Source of the DNA: a virus
Taxonomy: Duplodnaviria > Heunggongvirae > Uroviricota > Caudoviricetes > Crassvirales
Virus record (IMG/VR): IMGVR_UViG_3300023112_000001
Length of the DNA stretch: 64,000 bases
Reading direction: 5' to 3' (one strand)
The notes beneath the pieces are model-generated. The model was not told where the DNA came from and did no database searches. It was given only the letters and a program-made list of their open reading frames with translations. Shown here piece by piece: positions 56,443 through 64,000 of this stretch. Within the stretch, counting starts at the first letter, position 1. Each line of letters opens with the position of its first letter. The position numbers were made by a program, and so were the translations under genes.

Positions 56443-58815
56443 ATGATAGGTAACTCTAACGGAAGAATGGGGCATTTCCCAGTACAAAAGAAACCAGATA
56501 GCCAAAAAACTACTGAGTGGTACAAAGAATGTATAGATGCTGGTCTTGATCTAGCTTTTTTAGATCAAGGTAAAAGTAAACATAAGATGTCAGTTTATGC
56601 TGACTTAGATAATGATATTATAGATGAAAATGAGATTGAAAAAGTATTCAATCCATTAAATATAGAATACGCAGCTTTCCCTGCATCATTAAAAAATTAT
56701 CCCTTAGCTGTTCCAAAAATTGATTTACTTCAAGGCGAGGAACTTAAAAGGAGATTTGATTTTTTAGTTAGAGGTAGGAATGATAATACATATTCAGATG
56801 GTCAAAGTCAATTACAGAAAATGTTAATGGACATACTGACTGATGAATTAACTAGTGAATCTTTTGATGAACAAGACGCTCAAGCTAGAATAGAGAAGTT
56901 TTCTAAATATTCTAAATATGAGTGGAAAGACACTAATGAGTTAACTGCTACCAGGATATTAGAATATTTATTCAGAGAGCAAAATTTACAAGATAAATTT
57001 AATAGAGGTTTTAGAGAAGGCTTAGTAATGGGTCAAGAAGTTTATAGAGTAGACTCTATAGGCGGAGAACCCGTTGTAGTTAAATGTGATGCTCGTAGAG
57101 TGTTTACCTTAAGAAGAGGTGATTCTGAAAAGTTAGAAGATTCTGATATAATCATGGAGATTAACTATGAGCCAATTGGAGCTGTTGTTGATGAATTCTA
57201 TGATGACCTAAAGCCATCTGAGATTGATCAAGTAGAGTACGGCAGAAATCATACAGCTAATTCTAGTGGAAGTGTTTTAGAATATGGAAATACATATCCG
57301 CAAATATATTCCAATGTAGATCCTGGAGCTAATGGTGAAGGATTTATGTCATTGGACAATATGACTGAAGCTTATAATTTATTCTCATTACCATATGATG
57401 TATATGGAAATGTTAGGGTGGTAAGAATGAGATGGAGGAGCAGAAGAAAAATTGGTGAATTAACATACTTCGACGAAGAAGGTAACGAACAAAAAGATTA
57501 TGTTCCTGAAGGATATAAGATAGATAAAACTTTAGGAGAAACCGTAAAGTGGTTATGGATAAATGAAGCTTTAGAAGGAACATTGATAGGTAAGGATATA
57601 TATGTTAAGATGCAGCCTAGAGAAGTTCAAATGAGACACTTTGACAATATCTCTAAATGCTTCCTAGGATACGTTGGTACTGATTATGGTAAATCATTAA
57701 TGTCGAGAATGGAACCTTATCAGTATATATATAATGTATATATGCGGAGACTAGATTTAGTCTTAGCTAAATATAAAGGTCCTATCTATGAATTAGATGT
57801 ATCTAAAATACCAGATGAATGGGAGATGGACAAGTGGATGTATTATGCTGATGTGTTAGGATGGGCTCCAGTAGATCCATTTAACGAAGGCAAGAAAGGT
57901 GCTGCAACTGGAAAGTTGGCTGGCAATTTTAATACTACAGGTAAAGTACTTGATCCTAATATTGGTAATTACGTTCAACAAATTATAGGTATGTTGAATT
58001 ATATAGAAAACCAAATGGGTGAAATTGCTGGTGTAACTAAGCAACGTCAAGGACAGGTAGATAATAGAGAGACTGTTGGTGGTGTAGAAAGAGCTGTTAC
58101 TCAATCATCTCATATTACTGAAAAATGGTTTTTTGTACATGACGAAACAAAGAAAAGAGTTTTACAAGCTTTATTAGATACCGCTAAATATACTTGGAAA
58201 AGTAAAGACAGTAAAAAATTAAATTATGTACTTGATGATATGTCAAGAATATTCCTTGAGTTTAATCCAACCGAAATCGCTTCTACTGAGTTTGATTTAT
58301 TTGTTAGCAATTCTAGAAAGGATATGGAATTAAAACAAATGGTAGAGGGAATGGCTCAAGCTGGAATTCAAAATGGATTAGGAATGAGCGCTATGATTAA
58401 GGCATTGCGAGAAGATAGTGTTATAGCAATGGCTAGAACTATTGATGATGCTGAAGAATTAGCATTCCAAAGACAGTCTGAAGCGAGTAAGCAGCAAGCT
58501 GAAGTTGAGAAAATGAAAGCGCAGCAAGTAGCTCAAGAAAATGAGGCTAACAGAGAATTAGAATACTATAAAGCTGATTTAGAGGCTCAAGTAAAAAGAG
58601 AGGAGATAGCTGCTAAACAATCTGAAAATCAAGAAGTAGATGATTCAAGTGAAGATTCTAAATTAGATATTCAGAGACAAAAACAAAATTTAGATGAAAG
58701 GAAACATAATGATGACGTAAACATTAAGAATAGAAGTATTAACGAGACTATACGTTCTAATAAATCTAAAGAATCTATAGCAAAATCTAAACCAAAAACA
58801 ACACCTAGTAAATAG
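56443..58815 (+). CDS. portal protein (putative) with a charged C-terminal tail.
   Basis: 790-aa protein immediately downstream of the large terminase; the assignment is positional. Confidence 0.45.
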   Translation: MIGNSNGRMGHFPVQKKPDSQKTTEWYKECIDAGLDLAFLDQGKSKHKMSVYADLDNDIIDENEIEKVFNPLNIEYAAFPASLKNYPLAVPKIDLLQGEELKRRFDFLVRGRNDNTYSDGQSQLQKMLMDILTDELTSESFDEQDAQARIEKFSKYSKYEWKDTNELTATRILEYLFREQNLQDKFNRGFREGLVMGQEVYRVDSIGGEPVVVKCDARRVFTLRRGDSEKLEDSDIIMEINYEPIGAVVDEFYDDLKPSEIDQVEYGRNHTANSSGSVLEYGNTYPQIYSNVDPGANGEGFMSLDNMTEAYNLFSLPYDVYGNVRVVRMRWRSRRKIGELTYFDEEGNEQKDYVPEGYKIDKTLGETVKWLWINEALEGTLIGKDIYVKMQPREVQMRHFDNISKCFLGYVGTDYGKSLMSRMEPYQYIYNVYMRRLDLVLAKYKGPIYELDVSKIPDEWEMDKWMYYADVLGWAPVDPFNEGKKGAATGKLAGNFNTTGKVLDPNIGNYVQQIIGMLNYIENQMGEIAGVTKQRQGQVDNRETVGGVERAVTQSSHITEKWFFVHDETKKRVLQALLDTAKYTWKSKDSKKLNYVLDDMSRIFLEFNPTEIASTEFDLFVSNSRKDMELKQMVEGMAQAGIQNGLGMSAMIKALREDSVIAMARTIDDAEELAFQRQSEASKQQAEVEKMKAQQVAQENEANRELEYYKADLEAQVKREEIAAKQSENQEVDDSSEDSKLDIQRQKQNLDERKHNDDVNIKNRSINETIRSNKSKESIAKSKPKTTPSK

Positions 58816-58836
58816 TAATAACTTAGCATAAATTAT

Positions 58837-59772
58837 ATGACTTACGAAGAGGTAGTTAAGAAGTTTCAAACGAATCCAAAGTACATGCAATCTGGAGCAG
58901 GGAAGCTTGCAAAAAGATTTAAAACAACTAGAGAGGTTATTTATCAAGCTAGAAGCTTGGTTAAAAGTTACAGTAAGGATAAAAAGTATAAAGATAGGTT
59001 GCCAAAGATATTAGTTTTTGATATTGAGTCGAGTCCATCTATCTCATATACTTTCGGTAGATTTAAAACTAATATAGCATGGAATCAAATAGAACAAGAA
59101 CCTATTATGTTAACATGGGTAGCTAAATGGTTAAATAGCTCAGACGTTCTATCTGATAAGATTACAAAAGAAGAGGTTTTAAAGGCTGATGATTATCGAA
59201 TTGTTAAAAGTTTATGGGACTTAATGGATTCAGCTGATATAGTTATAGCTCATTACGGAGATCGTTTTGATTTACCGTTATTAAATACAAGAGCTATTTT
59301 GAATGGATTGCCCCCATATAATACAATTAGATCTATAGATACAAAGAAGGTTGCTTCTGGAATATTTAAATTTCCATCAAATAAACTCGACGCTCTCGCT
59401 AAATACTTTGGGCTAGAGGGTAAGATAGAAACTGAGTTTCAATTGTGGGTAGACTGCTTAAAAGGCGATGAGCAAGCTATACAAGATATGGAGACATATA
59501 ATATTCAAGACGTATTTGTTTTAGAGGAGGTTTATCTTAAACTAAGACCTTACATTAAGTCCCATCCAAATATTGCTGTTTATATGGACGTTAAAACTCA
59601 AGTGTGTAGTTCTTGCGGAAGCACTAAGCTAAACAAGACTGGAAAATTCCAATATACTAATACTGGAAAGTTTAAATTATACAGGTGCGAGTGCGGTGCT
59701 TTATCAAGAGGTAGAAGAACTGATTTTGACAAAGGGCGCAAAAAAAACCTATTAACAAGTATTGCTAGGTAA
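58837..59772 (+). CDS. DEDDy 3'-5' exonuclease (DnaQ-like) with a C-terminal Cys4 zinc ribbon.
   Basis: Exo I ILVFDIESS, Exo II IAHYGDRFDLPLL, Exo III ETYNIQD (Y-x3-D); C-terminal CSSCGS...CECG. Confidence 0.65.
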   Translation: MTYEEVVKKFQTNPKYMQSGAGKLAKRFKTTREVIYQARSLVKSYSKDKKYKDRLPKILVFDIESSPSISYTFGRFKTNIAWNQIEQEPIMLTWVAKWLNSSDVLSDKITKEEVLKADDYRIVKSLWDLMDSADIVIAHYGDRFDLPLLNTRAILNGLPPYNTIRSIDTKKVASGIFKFPSNKLDALAKYFGLEGKIETEFQLWVDCLKGDEQAIQDMETYNIQDVFVLEEVYLKLRPYIKSHPNIAVYMDVKTQVCSSCGSTKLNKTGKFQYTNTGKFKLYRCECGALSRGRRTDFDKGRKKNLLTSIAR

Positions 59773-59840
59773 CTATAAAGTTTATAATAGAAATTAGTTT
59801 TTAATCAAAAATTTGCAAAAGATAATAAAAAATATTATGT

Positions 59841-61022
59841 TTGTTTATAATTAATAATATAATTATGTCAGGAGAAAAGGAAGAAAATTTATTTGAGGAA
59901 TTAGATTTTGGTTCGTTTGTTAGCGAACTAGAAGATTCCATAGAGGTTGATCAGGTTGAGGGGCCAGAATCAACAGAAGAAGTTAATATAATTGAAGAAC
60001 AAAATTTAGAAGCATCACTACAAGGGACTGAAGAGTCTGCGGAGGATGCTGATGCTTCTGAAGAAACACAAGAGACTATCGAAGAAACAGAGGATTCTGA
60101 AGGTAGTGAAGATAATGACGATAACTCCTCTCCTTTAACTCCATATGCTAAGTTGCTTGTAGATGACGGCATCCTCCCCAACTTTAATTTAGAAGCATAC
60201 GACGGAACTGCTGATGGATTAAAAGATGCAATGACTACGGAGATTAATACTGGAATTGAAGATTACAAGAATCAATTACCAGAAGAGGTAAAAAGTTTAT
60301 TGGAAAATTATGAAGAAGGCGTTCCTTTATCTAGATTGTTAGAGATAGATGAAAAGCGTACTGAATATAAATCTATTAAACAAGAACAGTTGTCAGGAAG
60401 TAAAGACTTGCAAAAGGCTATAATGAATGACTACTATAAAAATACCACTAAATTTACTGAGGATAAGATTAACAAGTTGATCCAGATATCAGAAGATTTA
60501 GACAATCTTGAAGGTGAGTCTCAAGAAGCTTTAACTGATCTAATCTCTTTCCAAGATGAATATGAAGCAGAAGAAGTTAAGGCTGCTCAAGATAATAAGA
60601 TAGTTCGAGAAGAAGCTCAAAAAAAGAATCTAGAAGATTTTAAAAAGACTTTGGATAGCTCTGATGAGATTATACCAAACGTTAAAGTAAGTAAAAACAT
60701 CAAAGATTCTTTATATAAGATCATGACAACACCAGTTGGTCAAGATGACAATGGGGTTCCAGTAAATAAAATAGGTAAATATAGATTAGAAAATCCACAT
60801 GAATTTGATATTACATTATCATACTTATTTGAAGTAACAAAAGGATTTTCAGATTGGTCAGTGTTGTCAAGCGCTGGTAAAGCTAAGGCGGTAAGATCAT
60901 TTGAAGAGTCTATAGCAAGACAAGACTATAAGGGAAGCACTGGAAAACTTGGTACTAAATCATCAAAGCCTAGTTCATCTAAAGGACTTCTTGACGAAAT
61001 ATCAAAAATAAATTTTAAATAA
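59841..61022 (+). CDS. acidic scaffold / prohead-core-like protein (putative).
   Basis: Extremely acidic, low-complexity N-terminal half (EE/DD-rich); lies between the portal-like and capsid-like genes. Confidence 0.4.
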   Translation: MFIINNIIMSGEKEENLFEELDFGSFVSELEDSIEVDQVEGPESTEEVNIIEEQNLEASLQGTEESAEDADASEETQETIEETEDSEGSEDNDDNSSPLTPYAKLLVDDGILPNFNLEAYDGTADGLKDAMTTEINTGIEDYKNQLPEEVKSLLENYEEGVPLSRLLEIDEKRTEYKSIKQEQLSGSKDLQKAIMNDYYKNTTKFTEDKINKLIQISEDLDNLEGESQEALTDLISFQDEYEAEEVKAAQDNKIVREEAQKKNLEDFKKTLDSSDEIIPNVKVSKNIKDSLYKIMTTPVGQDDNGVPVNKIGKYRLENPHEFDITLSYLFEVTKGFSDWSVLSSAGKAKAVRSFEESIARQDYKGSTGKLGTKSSKPSSSKGLLDEISKINFK

Positions 61023-61042
61023 CCTTTTAATTAATATAAATA

Positions 61043-62539
61043 ATGGCAACATCATCTAGTTCGATTCCTACTTTAAGGGTAGAATCCAAAGATTGGGCTG
61101 GTCTAACGACTACCAATCATTTAGGGGCATTATTTGGAGAAAAACCAATCATGATAAGTGATTTTATTTCTCGATTACAATACATGGACCTTGGTGAAGA
61201 TTTAATTAGCTTCATGAATAAGTTTCCTGTTAAGTACATCGAGGATGATCGTGAATTCGAGTGGTTACTTCAAGGCGCTGAAGATAAAAACATTCCTCTT
61301 GTGGGAGCAACAGATATCGCTGGTAACGCATTTACCGCTGCAAGTCAGCCAGGTAAAGGTGGATCTCGCTTTATCATGACTTTCCCTGAGAAACTATTCT
61401 TCCAACAACACGTTATCGTTGGTGAGAAACCTGATCTTTATCATATTTTGATAAGAACAGAAGGTAAACAAATTGGAGCTAACTTCTCTTATGAAGTTGA
61501 ATTAGTTACTAATAGTTCTGACATGTTTATCCCAGTAGAAGAATTGGCTGCTGACACTCGTTGGTCTGCAGACTACTCTCTATCAGAGCAAACTCTTTCT
61601 AAGAAAGGTTCTGATATAAGTTTCACGTCTCCATTCAGAATGACTAACCGTATGTCTTTCATGCGTAAAGAGCACACAGTTCCTGGAGATATGATTAATA
61701 AACGTGAAAATGATCCAGTTGTTTTTGGTCTACACGGTTCTGAAGGTAAAGAAATTAAGACTTGGTTAAATAAGCTTGATTGGACATTTCTTCGTGAATT
61801 CCGTAGAGAAAAATCTAGATTAATGTTTTATGGAAAGTCTAACCGAAGAGATGATGGTACTTATGGAAACATAGGTGACTCTGGTTATGAAATCAAGGCA
61901 GGTCTTGGTCTTCGTGAGCAAATCTCTCCATCGAACCTTTTCCATTATAGTGTATTTGATATTGAAACTTTAGTTGATTATGCTTTAAGTTTATCTGTAG
62001 GGAAACTTCCAGAAGATGCTAGGCGTTTTGTAATCGCTACTGGCGAGCATGGATTGAAAGTTATTTCTCGTGCAATTGAACAATATGCTGGCGCAAGCGC
62101 ACTTCAGTATAATCGTATTGAAGGTATTACTGGTGGAAGTAAAGCTTCTTACCATAGACCACAATTTGTTAAGTTGGCTGAAATCAACGGGATTCAATTT
62201 GAATTTATTCATATGCCATCCTATGATGATGAAGTACGTAACAAAATGTATCATCCAGATGGAGGTTTAGCCGAATCACATCGTATGACTATTATGGACT
62301 TTGGTTCTGCTGAAGGTAATCCTAATATTCAAATGGTTAGAGCTAAAGGTTTTGACGAAGCGTTTGGTTATTTACCAGGACTAAGAGATCCTTATTCTCC
62401 AGGTGGAACAAAGGGTTCTCCAAAAATTATGGCTTCTCCAGTAGATGGCTATACTATTCACAAAGCAGATTGGTGCGGAACAATGGTAAGAAATCCTATG
62501 AGAATGGGAGAATGGATACCTAGCGTATTGTCAGCATAA
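61043..62539 (+). CDS. major capsid protein (putative).
   Basis: 498-aa protein following the scaffold-like gene; size and position typical of HK97-fold capsid proteins; no motif confirmation. Confidence 0.45.
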   Translation: MATSSSSIPTLRVESKDWAGLTTTNHLGALFGEKPIMISDFISRLQYMDLGEDLISFMNKFPVKYIEDDREFEWLLQGAEDKNIPLVGATDIAGNAFTAASQPGKGGSRFIMTFPEKLFFQQHVIVGEKPDLYHILIRTEGKQIGANFSYEVELVTNSSDMFIPVEELAADTRWSADYSLSEQTLSKKGSDISFTSPFRMTNRMSFMRKEHTVPGDMINKRENDPVVFGLHGSEGKEIKTWLNKLDWTFLREFRREKSRLMFYGKSNRRDDGTYGNIGDSGYEIKAGLGLREQISPSNLFHYSVFDIETLVDYALSLSVGKLPEDARRFVIATGEHGLKVISRAIEQYAGASALQYNRIEGITGGSKASYHRPQFVKLAEINGIQFEFIHMPSYDDEVRNKMYHPDGGLAESHRMTIMDFGSAEGNPNIQMVRAKGFDEAFGYLPGLRDPYSPGGTKGSPKIMASPVDGYTIHKADWCGTMVRNPMRMGEWIPSVLSA

Positions 62540-62594
62540 TTAATATAGGGGACTCTTTATTGAGTTCCCTTATTTTAAATTTTTAAATTATAAT

Positions 62595-63482
62595 ATGGAA
62601 ACTAAGGAAGTTATAGGGGTAAAAATATTACAAAATAAAAAAGTAACCATAAAGCCTATCATAAGGGGAAGGGCTTTTGCATCAAAAGAAAGCAAGCATG
62701 ATGGTAAATTCATGTTCACTGGATGCAAGGAAAGGTTTACTTTAAAGCAAGATAAAAATACAGGAGCATTTGTTAATGTATTTGCTGAAGGCGAAAGAGA
62801 AGCATTTGAGAAAGAGCTTCAACTAGAAAGCGGAGAATTATCTTTATATAAAAGAAAGAGTCCGTTTTGGGCTAAATTTTGGGTAGAGTTAGATAAGAAT
62901 CCTAAAGTATTAGATTTAAATCTACCAGTCCATGCTTTACAATTAAAAGTTCTTCAGTCATATACTGATATCATAGCGCCTGATTGGGATTCACGAGAAT
63001 TCAAACCTAGTTATAAATGGGCTATAGTTGATGAAGACGCTGTAATTGAAAAAGAAAGCAAACTTGCAAATAGAATGTTAGAAGCTATGACATTGTTTCA
63101 AGGTATTCAAAAATCTCAGAAACAAATGTTAGATGTTTTAAGATTATTGGACAAGAAGCCTGATAGGAGCGCGAATAAAGACTTTTTACAGAAAGAGATA
63201 ACTAAGGTTATAGCTCAGATAGAAAAGATCCCAGGATCGTCTAATATAGATGATTTTATTAAAGCTGCTTCTGACAAACAAGCCTCAGACAAAATATTTG
63301 TGTTAGATGCTCTAGACGCAAAAGTGATTGTGGTTGATAGAACTTCTAATGAATTTAGAGAATTAGAATCAAATAAATTGTTAGGCAAGAGTCTTCAGGG
63401 TGTTGTAGATCATTATGGTGATCCTATGTATCAAGAAGACAGATTACTTATAGAAGAGAAAATTAAGAGAGCAAATAGATAA
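62595..63482 (+). CDS. hypothetical head-module protein (295 aa).
   Basis: ORF downstream of the capsid-like gene. Confidence 0.4.
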   Translation: METKEVIGVKILQNKKVTIKPIIRGRAFASKESKHDGKFMFTGCKERFTLKQDKNTGAFVNVFAEGEREAFEKELQLESGELSLYKRKSPFWAKFWVELDKNPKVLDLNLPVHALQLKVLQSYTDIIAPDWDSREFKPSYKWAIVDEDAVIEKESKLANRMLEAMTLFQGIQKSQKQMLDVLRLLDKKPDRSANKDFLQKEITKVIAQIEKIPGSSNIDDFIKAASDKQASDKIFVLDALDAKVIVVDRTSNEFRELESNKLLGKSLQGVVDHYGDPMYQEDRLLIEEKIKRANR

Positions 63483-64000
63483 TGAATGCTGCTGAAATGA
63501 AAGAACTATTACTGTTGAAGTTTGATGGCTTATTTGAGTCATCAGCTCCAGCGTATAGTGATAATCAGTTAAGTGCCGTATTGAATAATGCCCAAAGGCG
63601 TATTCTTAGGGATGTAGATTCTGCTGACCCTAAGAAGCGATATGGAGGATTTGATTATAATGAAAGGGTTAGCAAATATATTGCACCTCTTATTAGTGGA
63701 GACACTCCTGACGTGGTTGCCGCATATGTGCCATTATATCCATTAGGCGTGGGATATGAACTACCTGTAGACTGCTGGTATTTAAGGTCTGAAAGAGCTC
63801 TTATAGGAACGACTGGTGTAAAAGTTAAAAGAGTTACACATGATTCTTATAATGCCAATATAGACAATCCTTACAAGCGGCCTAGTTCTGAGGAAATATG
63901 GCGATTAGACGCTGGCGAAACAGGAGGTCAAACTATAGTGGAATTAATACCTCCAGAAGGATCGTCTATAGCAGAGTACAGTATAGTATATACTAAAGAA
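63481..64000 (+). CDS. hypothetical protein, 3'-truncated by the window edge; not in the ORF track because no stop is reached.
   Basis: ATG at 63481 overlapping the preceding stop (TAATG); frame open to the end of the window (MNAAEMKELLLLKFDG...). Confidence 0.45.

Noticed and set aside
2335-62270. Thirty antisense/overlapping ORF-track entries of 60-88 aa lying inside or opposite longer genes: 2335..2538-, 3649..3915-, 9719..9904+, 11096..11299-, 11146..11328+, 11664..11867+, 11849..12097+, 15386..15568+, 16530..16796+, 20397..20600-, 21143..21325+, 22490..22672+, 22620..22820+, 25681..25881+, 31562..31747+, 33560..33886+, 37366..37560+, 37729..37941+, 38342..38545+, 39852..40115+, 40237..40428+, 42446..42652+, 44688..44894+, 49376..49624-, 54213..54431-, 55415..55660-, 57856..58104-, 59951..60181-, 61991..62254-, 62070..62270+.
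   Set aside because: Each is fully nested in, or antisense to, a long ORF with strong coding character. Their translations are low-complexity (poly-Ile/Leu/Phe/Ser) as expected from AT-rich antisense frames. They break the otherwise uniform strand blocks.
1-64000. CRISPR arrays, integrase/attachment sites and lysogeny genes.
   Set aside because: No regularly spaced direct repeats with unique spacers were seen. No tyrosine/serine recombinase motifs or repressor-like HTH genes were seen. The content is consistent with a virulent phage.

Overview
This is an AT-rich (~30% GC), very gene-dense window with no integrase or repressor. It looks like a segment of a large virulent tailed dsDNA phage with T4-like gene content, possibly infecting a Bacteroidota-type host (no Shine-Dalgarno sequences, a lipobox lipoprotein, an outer-membrane protein ending in Phe). 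The window has three blocks.

1. Positions 1-5.1 kb (+ strand): two very large proteins of unknown function, plausibly the end of a virion or tail module. The first continues beyond the left edge of the window.

2. Positions 5.1-47.2 kb (- strand), roughly 85 genes:
- a glucosaminidase;
- an RNA-repair cassette (low-molecular-weight protein-tyrosine-phosphatase-like protein, two calcineurin-like metallophosphoesterases, a polynucleotide-kinase-type P-loop kinase, an RNA ligase of the T4 RNA ligase 2 (Rnl2) type);
- a free-standing HNH homing endonuclease;
- a ribonucleotide reductase;
- a PD-(D/E)XK nuclease and a RusA-like resolvase;
- a family-1 uracil-DNA glycosylase (UDG) homologue whose catalytic GQDPY motif reads GHCPP;
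- directly upstream, a tightly packed roughly 10-gene operon of amide-bond enzymes: two amidoligases of the gamma-glutamylcysteine-synthetase-2 (GCS2/YbdK) type, a class II (Ntn) glutamine amidotransferase with an N-terminal propeptide, a gamma-glutamyl cyclotransferase, an ATP-grasp ligase, and two class I glutamine amidotransferase / peptidase C26 paralogues;
- a replication module: DnaG-like primase, SSB-like protein, a Sak4-like (AAA_24) ATPase, and a DnaB-like helicase split by a roughly 406-nt ORF-less group I intron whose P, Q, R and S elements are recognisable;
- an SF2 helicase, a tRNA-like element, an SPFH-domain lipoprotein, an outer-membrane beta-barrel protein;
- a cluster of small genes that share a conserved motif just upstream of the start codon.

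3. Positions 47.2-64 kb (+ strand):
- small early-like genes;
- a four-tRNA cluster (Asp, Pro, an aberrant His-like tRNA, Gln);
- a YiiX-like peptidase and an M15 peptidase (lysis enzymes);
- a DUF4406 (nucleoside 2-deoxyribosyltransferase-like) protein next to a MazG-like dNTP pyrophosphohydrolase-like protein;
- then large terminase, a probable portal, a DEDD exonuclease, a scaffold-like protein, a probable major capsid protein, and a partial gene running off the right edge.

The most unusual content is the gamma-glutamyl/amidoligase operon flanked by the remodelled UDG homologue. Together with the dNTP-pool enzymes, this is a candidate system for a non-canonical covalent modification, possibly DNA base hypermodification.

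I had no tools, so coordinates taken from my own reading may be off by +/-1 to 2 nt. All functional calls rest on motifs read by eye and should be confirmed by HMM or structure searches.
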